In this document: positions 18,338 to 28,154 of the stretch, in pieces | Layout: every line of letters starts with the position of its first letter | Numbering within the stretch: position 1 is the first letter of the stretch | IMG/VR virus record: IMGVR_UViG_3300045988_152178 | From: a virus | Strand: one strand, 5' to 3' | Length of the DNA: 64,000 bases | The notes under the pieces: model-generated | What the model saw: only the letters and a program-made list of their open reading frames with translations | Databases searched by the model: none | What the model was told of the DNA's origin: nothing | Translations under genes and position numbers: made by a program

Positions 18338-18892
18338 ATGCCTATCAGAACCCAACCCATCAAGTCGCCTTTTGCACCCCTGAAAGAGGTGGCAGGCGTA
18401 TATCTGAAACAAGCCCTTCTCGATATAGAAGTCAACTTCAATACCCAGAAGATTTATCCGGTAGAAGTATATCGTGGCTACGAAAAAGTGAACAAATACC
18501 GCGAGGAACACGGCATGTGGTACTCCACGGGTGAAGGTAAGAAATCCTTTGAAGGTACGGTATATCAAGCCGACGAAAAGACGGGTAATCTGATGGTAGG
18601 AATCCGCTATAACGATTATCTCCGCTATGTGGATATTGGTGTAGGTTTGACGGGTGATCCTCGTGACCCTGCAGCCCATATCACTGCCGATAAGGTGGAC
18701 CGCTCGAAAAAAGCCAAGTTCAAAACCCGATATATCGGCAAGTGGGATAGAAGAGCAGGTAAATCTCACCGTCCTGCTATCATGCGAACGGTGAGAAGAC
18801 TGAAAACGAGATATGAAAACCATCTTGCCGATTACTACGGCTATCAAGGTTTGTTGCAGATAATGAATGCCCTGGAAGGCAAAGACGATTAA
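18338..18892 (+). CDS. hypothetical virion-associated protein
   Basis: 184 aa; ATG 3 nt after previous stop; immediately upstream of tape measure gene. Confidence 0.6.
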   Translation: MPIRTQPIKSPFAPLKEVAGVYLKQALLDIEVNFNTQKIYPVEVYRGYEKVNKYREEHGMWYSTGEGKKSFEGTVYQADEKTGNLMVGIRYNDYLRYVDIGVGLTGDPRDPAAHITADKVDRSKKAKFKTRYIGKWDRRAGKSHRPAIMRTVRRLKTRYENHLADYYGYQGLLQIMNALEGKDD

Positions 18893-18901
18893 CCCCTCTC
18901 A

Positions 18902-18931
18902 CCTCCGTTCCCGGCGATTCCTTCGTCGGTC
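18902..18931 (+). repeat. hairpin repeat copy 1 (degenerate)
   Basis: CCTCCGTTCCCGGCGATTCCTTCGTCGGTC, 9 nt after stop; stem position 3 changed from A-T to G-C on both arms (compensatory). Confidence 0.6.
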
Positions 18932-18970
18932 TCATATCCCCCAAAAATAAACATTAAAAATAAAAAAGCA

Positions 18971-21900
18971 ATGGCAAAGAATAAAACAGAGGCTATCATC
19001 ACGCTCAACGGCCAGCAACCGCTCCAGGTATTGAAGCAGTTGCAGGAGGCAGCAGCGGGTATATCCGACCAGTTAGATGCGGCTCAGGCGAAGCTGAAAA
19101 CCCTGAAGCCGAACACTGACCCATATAAAGCCCTCGTTGCAACCATCAATGATTTGAAGAAGCAGTATGATTTGCTGGCTTCTGCACAGATTAAGGATAT
19201 TTCTGCCAATGAGCGTTTACAGAGCGTGGTGGACCAGCTCAGTAATACTTCGCTCCGTCAACTTCGCCGTGCATTGGGCGACGGCAAGCGTCAGCTCGAA
19301 GGCTTGTCGGAGGCAGAGCTGGAGCAGGCTAATTCCATCCGTGCGATGATGAAGACAGTAGGCGACCAGATACGTCTGCTGGAAGGAAAGTATGTAAAGA
19401 TACGTGAGGGATTGGCAAGCATCGGTACGCAAAGCGACCAATGGCTCAGTAAGGCTATTGCACAGCAGAAAGACCTTATGGACTATACCCGACGCGGTAC
19501 GAAGGAGTATAAAGAGCAGGAGCAGGTGATGCAGATGCTTACCGCCGAGCAGAATAAGCGCAATGCCGCCGTTTCTGCCGAAGCTGCTGCCAAGCGTCAG
19601 GCTCAGTTCAAGCAGCAGGTAGCATCGTCAAGACAGATGCTTTCATCTACCGACACGATGAAGAACCATTCGCAGACTGAAATCCAGACTGCCATCAATA
19701 CCCTGAAACAGGCACAGGGTCAGAGTAATATCGGTGGCAACGAGTGGAAGCAGTATGCTGATGAGATAGCCAAGGCAGAGGAGCGGCTTGCATCGCTTGC
19801 CGGTAAGGTAAAGGAAGTGAAGCAGGTAATGTCCGAAAAGGATGCCAAGGACACTATTACCTTTATGGATAGTCATACCGAAGGTGAGGTTCGTGAGGCT
19901 ATCAATACCCTCAGACTTCTTCAGGCGCAGACGCATATCGGTAGCGAGGAATGGAAAAAATACGCTATCTCTATTGCCGATGCAGAGGAGAGTCTGGCTA
20001 AACTCACGGGTAAGGCGAAGGAGGTAAAGGAAGAGCTTTCTCTTACTGAAACGAATGAGCGATTGAAAACTTTAGGCGAGCAGTCTGAGCAGAGTTTGCA
20101 GGATATGCTCAGAGTTCTTCAGGAGGCTAAAGTTTCGATGAAGCCGTTCTCTAAGGAATGGGAAGACCTGGCTGCGAAAATCGACAGCGTGAAGACCCGA
20201 ATGGCAGATGTTGCCAGCAACTCGCCTTTCGAGCGTAACTATGATACCGCTCAGAAGATGGCTCGACAGGATGGATTGTTGGATAAAGAGGGTTCCCTTC
20301 GCAATCCGACTAAAAATGACCTGGAATGGTCTAAAAGCTATCTCCAGAAGGAATTGGGCAATACTTCTCCTTTTGAAACTGTCAAGATAGCGGAAATAAA
20401 GGAAGCTCTTGGTATGTTGGACGAACGCCTCAGTGCGTTCAAGGATAATGCCGATAAGTCTGCCATGTCTGCTGAGAAACTGAATGAGGTTCTTAGTAAT
20501 ATGAAGACCGCCTCTCTTGATGATCTGAAAGCCGCGTCTGCCGAACTGAATAAGCAACTTGGCAAGCTGGCTCCATCTTCCGATGCAGCCAAGCAGGTAA
20601 AACAGCAGTTGCAAGCCCTGGATAAGGAAATCAAGCAGGTGGAGGATGATGTGGTAGATGTAAATGATGTCATCGCCCGCAGCAAAAAAGGCAAGGCTTC
20701 TATCGAGGAACTTAAAAAAGCCTATCAGCAGTTACAAGCCGAGTTGAATAAAATCAATACCGGCGACGAGGAATTTAAGAATAAGCAGAAGGCTCTAAAA
20801 GATCTGAAAAAGGAGATTGATAATGTGACCGGTGCAGCACAGAAACAAGGTGGTGCTTGGCATACGGCTTTAAAGAACCTTACGGCATACGTGGGTCTCT
20901 TCCAGGCATTTAACGCTATTAAAGATACTGTTACTTCCGCTATCAAGAAGAACTTTGAATACTCTTCTTCTTTGACGGATATTCGTAAGGTGTCCGGACT
21001 CACGATGCAGGATGTCAATAAGCTGTCTGAGGAATTGGCTAAGATAGATACTCGTACTTCTGTTGATGGTTTGGCTGAACTTGCTTACCAGGGTGCAAAA
21101 CTCGGTATGGGTAAGTATGGCGTGGAAGGTATGGCTCAGTTCGTAAAAGCTGCCGACCAGATCAATGTAGCCATCGGCGAGGAGATGGGCGAGGAAGCGC
21201 TGCCGGCTCTTTCTAAGATGGTGGAGACGATGGGCCTTATCCCGAAGATGGGTATCGAGAAAGCGATGCTTGCTACGGGTTCGGCTATGTTTAAGTTGGC
21301 TTCTACCTCTACCGCCACATCTGGCAATATCGTAGAGTTTGCCAAGCGATTAACCGGTGTGAGCCGTACAGCAGGTATTACTACCGACCAGTTGTTGGCA
21401 CTCGGTTCTGCATCTGATTCTCTCTTCCTGATGCCGGAAGTGAGTGCTACGGCTATGTCTAAGTTTATCGTAGCCTTGCAGAAGAACCATAACCTTATCG
21501 AGAAGGATTTGGGCATTCAGCAGGGTACCATCAAGAATATGTATGCTGCTGGTAACGCCATGGATGCTATTGTTCTTGTATTAGAGAAGATGCGTGACAA
21601 GGGCAATATGAATGCTTTGGGCAGTATCTTTAAAGACCTTGGCTCCGATGGCCAGCGACTCGTTACCGCTATGGTAACTATGTCTAAGAACGTAGATGTG
21701 CTGAAAGACCATCTTTACGAATCTCAGGAGGCATTCGAGGAGGCGACGGCTGTAACCAGTGAGTACACGATGCAGCAGCAGTCAGCAGCAGGTATATTGG
21801 ATAGAGCCAATAACCTTTGGGAAAAGGCATTTGTCAACCCTGATGGCGTGGAAAGTGTGAAGGCTATGGCGCAGGCTTGGTACGATATGTCGCAGATGAT

Positions 21901-24900
21901 ACTTCAGAGTCCTATTTTTAAAGGTACTCTGCAAGGTGCTCTCTCAATGGTTATCACCTCCTGCAAGATATTCGTTACCCTTTTGCCGCTCATCATGAAT
22001 TATCTGGTTGGTCTGGGTATTTGGAAAGCGGCTGCATTTATGTGGGACTTCGGCAAGGCTATCTGGGCAGCAGCAAAGGCGCAGGCAGGCTTTAACACTG
22101 TTACGAAATTAAATCCATACGTAGCATTGGCAAGCGTTCTTGTTACGATTGTCGGTGTATTCTATTCTTATGCCAATGCCGCAAGCGAGGCAGCAGCAGC
22201 TGAAGCTGAGGCAAAGCGTAAGGCTGGCGAATGGAAGAATAAATTAGGCGAAGCTGAGAAGCAGACGGATGATTTGACCCGAAAACTGCATTCTTATAAG
22301 GTAGCTCTCGAAGCTGTCAATCTTTCGCAGAAAGACCGCAATACTCAGATTGCTCGATTTAACAAGGATTTCCGTCAGTACATTAACAAACTTGGTATTG
22401 AAATCAAGAGTGTGGATGATCTGCGTAAGCATTATAGTGCTCTTTCTTTGGAAATTCAGCGTGCCACTTACTACCGACTCCGTGAGGAGGCAAAGCAGGA
22501 CGCTCTTCCTGGTTATCAGAAAGACAGACTTGCTGCTGCTAACATGGTTAAGAAATATATCAGTGAGAACGATTTTAAGTATGGTGGTTTCACGGTAAAG
22601 GATATTATTCGATGGTTCCAAAAAGGTGCAGATGCTAATGCAGCATACTCTTACTTGATAAAAGGCTCCTTAAAAAATACTTATGTCAATGGAAAGCTGG
22701 GTGGAGCAAATAAGGATATTAAGTTCAATTTTAAAACGGGTGAATATTCTTATGACCGCAAAAATAAAAATGGAGCTACACGTGACAGTGATTACGAGTT
22801 GTTATCTCGTCTTCGTTATCTTTATAATGCAACAAATAGGGAGCAGAATAAAGAGGATGAAATTAACGATTATTTCAGTCCGTTCGTTCCGAAAGACTAT
22901 GTTCCTTGGGAAGAGGATACTCCTGGTACACTTGAAAATGATGCACCTGATAAAGATGCGATCAGTGCTGCGAAGCGGGAGGCACGTGAACATAAACAGG
23001 CATTGCGCGAGCAGCAGCGTTCCTGGCGTGATGAGTTGAAGCAGAAGCAGGACGAGGCAAGCGCTATCATGGATAACGTGCGCAACTTCTATGAGCGTCA
23101 GATTAATGAAAAGCTATCCCAGGCGGTAAGCCTCGGAAGGGATGAGACAGAGCAGAAATTCTACATAGAACCGATAAAGAGACGTATGAACGAAGCTCTT
23201 GCTCAAGTACGCCTTGCTATCGCTGGTCAGGCTAACACCTGGGAGGAGTTCAAGAAGACGATGGATAATGATCTTGTTGAGAAGACCGATGAGACTGGCG
23301 TGAATCTTTCTCAAAATCTCCTCGCTTCCATCCAAAAGAATAACGTCGATGCCCTGCGTGAGAAGATGGCTCAGTTGGGTAATAGTCTGAACCGCCCGAT
23401 GAACTCCATCACGTCTGAAATCTTTGCCAAGGCTACCAAGAATCAGCAGAATAATATAACGTTGGAGGCTCAACAGGCAGAAGCCCGACGGAAGATAGCC
23501 CGAGAGCACAACTATACGGGAGCTGTGCAGCAGAATATGTACGATGATTTCAATCAGATGGGCTTTGCCAATCCAACCGATTTTGAGTTGGCAGATGAAG
23601 AGTCTGCAGAAAGACGTAAGAAGCATATCATCGCCATGTATGAGCAGGCAAGAAAGCAAATCGCCAACCTTTATACAGTTGATGTCAATGATAAAAAGGG
23701 CAGGGGATTGCTGATGCAGATGCTCTTTGGCGATGATCCTTATGTACTGGGTGCCCGCGTTCAGAGCGTGCTGGGTGATAATGCGGAAGACTGGCGTGTG
23801 TTCTACAACAAGCTCATTCAGTATTCCGATGAATATACTGAGGCGCAGAAAAAGACCTACGACCAGGCAAAAAAGATTGCCGAGCAGATGTGGAAGGTCA
23901 ACCAGCGCAATCTTGCCAACCAGGAAGCCCTTCGCAAGATGCAGCAGGAAAGTGCGCTCTTTGGCAAGCGAACCAATATGTGGTCGAACCTCGGTCTCGG
24001 CGACCTTACCGCTGACCCAGAGGTGGAGCTGATGAAGATGAAGATGCAGATGGCAGAAGATTATTATGCTTTCGTTTTCAAAAACTCACGTAACAAGCAG
24101 CTCCTCGACGAAGCAGACAAGGCTCGGCAGGAGGCAGAACTTGCCTACGTCAACCAAATGGCAACGGCGATGAAGAACCGACTCTCGCAGATGCAGCAGC
24201 TCGTGCAGCCTATCGAAACCTTCGGTTCGGAAGTAGGCAAGGCATTTGCTGAAATGCGCAACGATGTAAGCAGCGCACAGGAGAGTATCAAGAACGCTCT
24301 GAAGTCTATGCTTGAGTCATGGGCTAATATGGCGCTCAACGACGTGAATACGCAGATGTGGAAGGCAATCAACGATGCAGGTGCCAAGCGAGCTAAGAAG
24401 AAAGCGCAGCCTGATATTGATAAAGCAAGAGCCAATGCTGATGCCAATGCCGTGAAGGAAGATTTCTCAAATCTCGGCACAAAGGCGAACCCGATGTACG
24501 TGCGACTGGTAGATGAGGGTGCAGCTTACCTTACTCCGCAGCCGCAGTCTAACTTTGAGAAGATGACTCTACAGCAGCCTTCTCTCGGTTGGAATCCTGA
24601 TGGTTCGCCTATCAATAACAGTCCGGCGATTGTGCCTCCTTATGCGCCTCCTGCTACTCCTGAGCAGCCGAATACGCAATCACAGGGCAGTGGTGCGCCT
24701 CGTGCATGGGAGCATCGCAACAGAGACAATGCTAATGCGTTCTACAATGATGCAGCAACACAAACTGGTGCAGCAGCCGCCGATGCTATCGCAGGTGGCG
24801 GTTCCTTCGCTGATGCCGCAGCCGGTATCACTGGTTCCTTCATCGGCGGTGTGATGAATACCGAGTTTAAGAAGGGTGGTAAATCCAAGGAAGACAAGGA

Positions 24901-25900
24901 GAAAGCCGACCAGTTGAAGAAGGAGAAGAAGCACCAAAAGGAACTGAGTAAAGAGGTCAAGAAGGGCAATAAGGATCGTGAGAAGGTTACCACGCAGGGT
25001 GTTCAAAACATCACGAATGTGACGGATGCCGGAAACAAGGAGCAGACCGAGGGCACAAAGATAGCTTTGAATACAGGCATGGCTATGACGGAAACGGCAC
25101 TCACTACCAACCTCGCCAATACTCAGGCTAACAATGAGGCAATCACCCAATCGGATGCAGCCCGCACGCAAGCGGGAATGACCTTCTCTATCGCTGGTGC
25201 CATCGGTAAGTGCTTCGACTTCCTGGGTCCTATCGCGGGTCCTATTGCAGCCGCAGGTGTGATGGCTACCCTCATGGGCTTGCTCCAGTGGGCACTCAAT
25301 TCTGCATTCAGCGGCAGCAAGAAGAAGAGTAATACCAATACTACCAACACCAAGCTTGTAACCGGTATGCTTACCTACGATTCCGGAAACGTTCAAGACT
25401 TGAAGCCATTTGTGGCTGATAATGGCGAGGTGTATTGGGCAAAGGAGGATGATGGCAAGCAGATGCAGGGCGTGAAGATGCTTACGTCTCCAACCGCCAC
25501 TACCGTGAACGGGCAGCCGTCTCTCGTAGCCGAGAGAGGACCAGAAATCGTGATTGGTAGGGAAACCACCCACGCCATGATGATGAATAATCCTGGCTTG
25601 CTGAAAGCCCTCGTAAACTACGATCGCAACTATTCCGGAAGAAACTCAGCAAGAAGGGCATTTGATAATGGCAATGTGGGTGATGTCCTTGCAGCAGGCA
25701 ATGGTAATCTTTCGTCTGGCGCGTCAGCGGCAGACGGACTATTAGCAGCCAATGCAGCAAGCAATGCGGCGCTCCTACAAGCCGTGAATGCGCTCATTCA
25801 GCGCCTGAATCAGCCTATCAACGCCAAGGTTAACATGTATGGTCGTGACGGACTGTATGACAGTCTGGATAAGGCTAACCAGTTTATGAAGAATAAATAG
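18971..25900 (+). CDS. tail tape measure protein
   Basis: 2309 aa; long coiled-coil N-terminus, TP901-type core (ELAYQGAKLGMGKYGVEGMAQFVKAADQINVAIGEEMGEEALPAL...), hydrophobic segments, Gly/Ala-rich C-terminal part. Confidence 0.85.
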   Translation: MAKNKTEAIITLNGQQPLQVLKQLQEAAAGISDQLDAAQAKLKTLKPNTDPYKALVATINDLKKQYDLLASAQIKDISANERLQSVVDQLSNTSLRQLRRALGDGKRQLEGLSEAELEQANSIRAMMKTVGDQIRLLEGKYVKIREGLASIGTQSDQWLSKAIAQQKDLMDYTRRGTKEYKEQEQVMQMLTAEQNKRNAAVSAEAAAKRQAQFKQQVASSRQMLSSTDTMKNHSQTEIQTAINTLKQAQGQSNIGGNEWKQYADEIAKAEERLASLAGKVKEVKQVMSEKDAKDTITFMDSHTEGEVREAINTLRLLQAQTHIGSEEWKKYAISIADAEESLAKLTGKAKEVKEELSLTETNERLKTLGEQSEQSLQDMLRVLQEAKVSMKPFSKEWEDLAAKIDSVKTRMADVASNSPFERNYDTAQKMARQDGLLDKEGSLRNPTKNDLEWSKSYLQKELGNTSPFETVKIAEIKEALGMLDERLSAFKDNADKSAMSAEKLNEVLSNMKTASLDDLKAASAELNKQLGKLAPSSDAAKQVKQQLQALDKEIKQVEDDVVDVNDVIARSKKGKASIEELKKAYQQLQAELNKINTGDEEFKNKQKALKDLKKEIDNVTGAAQKQGGAWHTALKNLTAYVGLFQAFNAIKDTVTSAIKKNFEYSSSLTDIRKVSGLTMQDVNKLSEELAKIDTRTSVDGLAELAYQGAKLGMGKYGVEGMAQFVKAADQINVAIGEEMGEEALPALSKMVETMGLIPKMGIEKAMLATGSAMFKLASTSTATSGNIVEFAKRLTGVSRTAGITTDQLLALGSASDSLFLMPEVSATAMSKFIVALQKNHNLIEKDLGIQQGTIKNMYAAGNAMDAIVLVLEKMRDKGNMNALGSIFKDLGSDGQRLVTAMVTMSKNVDVLKDHLYESQEAFEEATAVTSEYTMQQQSAAGILDRANNLWEKAFVNPDGVESVKAMAQAWYDMSQMILQSPIFKGTLQGALSMVITSCKIFVTLLPLIMNYLVGLGIWKAAAFMWDFGKAIWAAAKAQAGFNTVTKLNPYVALASVLVTIVGVFYSYANAASEAAAAEAEAKRKAGEWKNKLGEAEKQTDDLTRKLHSYKVALEAVNLSQKDRNTQIARFNKDFRQYINKLGIEIKSVDDLRKHYSALSLEIQRATYYRLREEAKQDALPGYQKDRLAAANMVKKYISENDFKYGGFTVKDIIRWFQKGADANAAYSYLIKGSLKNTYVNGKLGGANKDIKFNFKTGEYSYDRKNKNGATRDSDYELLSRLRYLYNATNREQNKEDEINDYFSPFVPKDYVPWEEDTPGTLENDAPDKDAISAAKREAREHKQALREQQRSWRDELKQKQDEASAIMDNVRNFYERQINEKLSQAVSLGRDETEQKFYIEPIKRRMNEALAQVRLAIAGQANTWEEFKKTMDNDLVEKTDETGVNLSQNLLASIQKNNVDALREKMAQLGNSLNRPMNSITSEIFAKATKNQQNNITLEAQQAEARRKIAREHNYTGAVQQNMYDDFNQMGFANPTDFELADEESAERRKKHIIAMYEQARKQIANLYTVDVNDKKGRGLLMQMLFGDDPYVLGARVQSVLGDNAEDWRVFYNKLIQYSDEYTEAQKKTYDQAKKIAEQMWKVNQRNLANQEALRKMQQESALFGKRTNMWSNLGLGDLTADPEVELMKMKMQMAEDYYAFVFKNSRNKQLLDEADKARQEAELAYVNQMATAMKNRLSQMQQLVQPIETFGSEVGKAFAEMRNDVSSAQESIKNALKSMLESWANMALNDVNTQMWKAINDAGAKRAKKKAQPDIDKARANADANAVKEDFSNLGTKANPMYVRLVDEGAAYLTPQPQSNFEKMTLQQPSLGWNPDGSPINNSPAIVPPYAPPATPEQPNTQSQGSGAPRAWEHRNRDNANAFYNDAATQTGAAAADAIAGGGSFADAAAGITGSFIGGVMNTEFKKGGKSKEDKEKADQLKKEKKHQKELSKEVKKGNKDREKVTTQGVQNITNVTDAGNKEQTEGTKIALNTGMAMTETALTTNLANTQANNEAITQSDAARTQAGMTFSIAGAIGKCFDFLGPIAGPIAAAGVMATLMGLLQWALNSAFSGSKKKSNTNTTNTKLVTGMLTYDSGNVQDLKPFVADNGEVYWAKEDDGKQMQGVKMLTSPTATTVNGQPSLVAERGPEIVIGRETTHAMMMNNPGLLKALVNYDRNYSGRNSARRAFDNGNVGDVLAAGNGNLSSGASAADGLLAANAASNAALLQAVNALIQRLNQPINAKVNMYGRDGLYDSLDKANQFMKNK

Positions 25901-25965
25901 AAGAAGGTTTTGTTGATTGTTAGTTGTTAAGTTTTTTAAGTTTATTATTATTATGTTTTTCAAGA

Positions 25966-25998
25966 CTGTTTCGCTGTGAAGCGAGGCAGCCTTTTTTC
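25966..25998 (+). terminator. terminator after tape measure gene
   Basis: CTGTTTCGCT-GTGA-AGCGAGGCAG (two G-U pairs) followed by CCTTTTTTC. Confidence 0.6.
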
Positions 25999-26009
25999 TT
26001 TAAATTTCT

Positions 26010-26572
26010 TTTTGGTCCCATTTTGCGGCCAACCTCATATTTTAGTGGGCTTTTGATAACTCGCTGATTTTGTGGGCTTTTTAATCTCAAAAACATATCT
26101 TGGTCTCATTTTTCGCCGAAATTCACTACTATATATAAAATTTCCCGTGTATTTTTTCTTTTCCCTAAAATCAAAAACCCCTAACCTCAAATTAGAAGTT
26201 AGTAGCATTAACGGCTTTGCCGTAAACATCAGATAATAAGGTAGTTATGTGGATAAGTGGGAGTGGCAACTAGCGAGAGAAATGCAGGATTTTTTACATA
26301 TATTCTATATATTTCTGAAATATTTTGTTTCTTCTGCGTACATTAGTTTATAGAAAATGAGATAAAAATGAGACCAAGATAAAGCAAATCGCTGAAAAAC
26401 AAGCAGATAACTGAAAAAGAATAGGGGACCAAGATGGGGACAGCAGTGGGTCAGCAGTGGGACAAAATACGCCATTTTAGCAATTAGGGGACTTTAACAA
26501 TTCGCCCTTCAAAATAAAAATGAGACCAAAATCGGCAAAATGGGACCAAAAATCGAATTTTGGTCCCATTTT
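26010..26572. repeat. iteron / inverted-repeat cluster, putative replication origin or operator region
   Basis: Motif AAAATG(G/A)GACCAA or its complement at 26010-26024, 26100-26113, 26365-26378, 26516-26531, 26537-26551 and 26558-26572. The last two form a perfect 15-bp palindrome with a 6-nt spacer. Also TGTGGGCTTTT x2 (26041-26084) and CAGCAGTGGG x2 (26441-26461). Confidence 0.6.
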
Positions 26573-26591
26573 TGAAAAAACATCCTCCTCG

Positions 26592-26621
26592 CCCCCGTTC
26601 CCAGCGATTCCATCGCTGGTT
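26592..26621 (+). repeat. hairpin repeat copy 2
   Basis: CCCCCGTTCCCAGCGATTCCATCGCTGGTT, intergenic, 128 nt upstream of ATG 26750. Confidence 0.8.
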
Positions 26622-26749
26622 CCCCCTCTCAACCTATATTAAATGTTAAAAATATAACTTATTTCAAATATTATATAGCTTACATATACTCTTTTCGATT
26701 TATTTTTGTATTTTTGCAGCAGATTTTATATAAATAATATATGTAAGGT

Positions 26750-27826
26750 ATGTTTGAGGAGATATGTTCCATCTATCGGGATGCGAAAGATGCACTTGGA
26801 AGATACGTCGATATGGAGACGGGCGAGTGCATCCAGCAGATGTCTATCCGTGAGTTCTGTCTGACGGACAGATGGAAGCCGTATGTAGAAAAACTTCGAG
26901 CCATGCGGCAGGAATTTGGCAGCAAGGCTAAGAAGATGCCGGAATACGTAGATACCAAGAAGATGCTTCCTGGTGCCACACTGAGCGGTCTCTTCGCTAC
27001 CTACGAGGACGATAGCCTTACCCATCCAGGCCAACGTGTGATGGTTTCCCGAAGAGAAAGCCATCTGCAGCAGCATACCGGATGGCTCACCATCGACATC
27101 GACCTTCAGGACAACCAGCAGCTTACCAGCTTTGAGAATATCCGCATGGTGTCTCGCTTTCGTCCAGAAATCGGTTTGCTGATGCGTTCTTGTTCGGGTA
27201 CCGGATATTTCGGATTGGTTCGCCTGGCTTATCCCGACAGGCATAAGGAGCAGTTCAAGGCTATCCTCAAGGAATATTCCGCCCTGGGTATCGTGCTCGA
27301 TAAGCAGTGTGGCAATATCGGACGTGTGCGCTTCGCCTCATGGGATGATGCAGACCACATCTATATTAATACTCATGTGCAGCCTTATCAAGGTTTGGCG
27401 ACAGATGAACCGCAGGTGATACCACAAGCAAGACCGATGTATCGGCAACCGCAGAGTAACGCCTCCAGCGCTTACGGTAATGGCTACGACAATAAAGCCT
27501 TCTGGAATGATCCTCGCACGCAAGACCGCATCATCGAACTCATCGTAAAAGCACTGGTGAGCCGACGTATCAACATCACGGAAAGTTACGATGAGTGGAC
27601 CAAGGCAGGTTGGGCATTGAAGGCGCATCCCTACGGCGAGCGTCTGTTTCACGAGCTTTCGGCATGCAGCCGGAAGTACAACGCTGCCCAGGTATCACAG
27701 AAGTGGCGGCAGCTAGGCAGCAGCCATACCATAAGCTATCATTACCTTATCCATGCCTGCAAGGTGAATTTAGGCGAAGGAGAATATCACTCTATCCTGC
27801 AGCAAGTATGGAGAGAAAGAGGCTAA
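26750..27826 (+). CDS. primase / replication-initiation-like protein (VirE_N/BT4734-like plus PriCT-2-like regions)
   Basis: 358 aa; LPGATLSGLF...HTGWLTIDIDLQDN and C-terminal ESYDEWTKAGWALKAHPYGERLFHELS...KWRQLG resemble these domains (recalled); adjacent to iteron cluster; TATTTTTG -7-like box at 26709-26716. Confidence 0.55.
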   Translation: MFEEICSIYRDAKDALGRYVDMETGECIQQMSIREFCLTDRWKPYVEKLRAMRQEFGSKAKKMPEYVDTKKMLPGATLSGLFATYEDDSLTHPGQRVMVSRRESHLQQHTGWLTIDIDLQDNQQLTSFENIRMVSRFRPEIGLLMRSCSGTGYFGLVRLAYPDRHKEQFKAILKEYSALGIVLDKQCGNIGRVRFASWDDADHIYINTHVQPYQGLATDEPQVIPQARPMYRQPQSNASSAYGNGYDNKAFWNDPRTQDRIIELIVKALVSRRINITESYDEWTKAGWALKAHPYGERLFHELSACSRKYNAAQVSQKWRQLGSSHTISYHYLIHACKVNLGEGEYHSILQQVWRERG

Positions 27827-27863
27827 TAAGAAAAGTTTTTTTATACAATAAAGATTAAAGATT

Positions 27864-28147
27864 ATGGCAAAAAGAAAAGTAGAAATCCCGAAGGGGGCAT
27901 GGCTCGACAAGAAAGGTCAGCGATGGATGAAAGTAATGTTTGATGTGATGTCCGGTTTCGGGGGGGTGAGAAGTTCATCCGTCAGATCAATTTGGACTTC
28001 CCCTGCGACTTCGATTTCGGGCTGAAAAGATATGTAGTTAATATGGGTGATTATGGTAATCTGCGAAACGTTGTGTTGCAGAATTACCCATCGCTGGCAA
28101 GGTATGGAGCCTTTCGACTGGTGATGACAACTCATCAAGTAAAATGA
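27864..28147 (+). CDS. small hypothetical gene needing a -1 shift at a G7 run
   Basis: ATTATGGCAAAA start. The zero frame stops at 28023-28025 (53 aa). The -1 frame is open from the G7 run (27960-27966) to TGA 28145-28147 and reads EKFIRQINLDFPCDFDFGLKRYVVNMGDYGNL..., ending 7 nt before the next ATG. Confidence 0.4.
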
Positions 28148-28154
28148 TAAGATT

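Noticed and set aside
24680-25573. 297-aa minus-strand ORF and many other 60-180-aa ORFs inside the tape measure gene
   Set aside because: All lie within the continuous 2309-aa ORF that carries a recognisable tape measure core. They have no independent start context.
26035-26229. 64-aa minus-strand ORF in the iteron region
   Set aside because: It lies in repeat-rich, AT-rich non-coding DNA, with basic low-complexity sequence and no start context.
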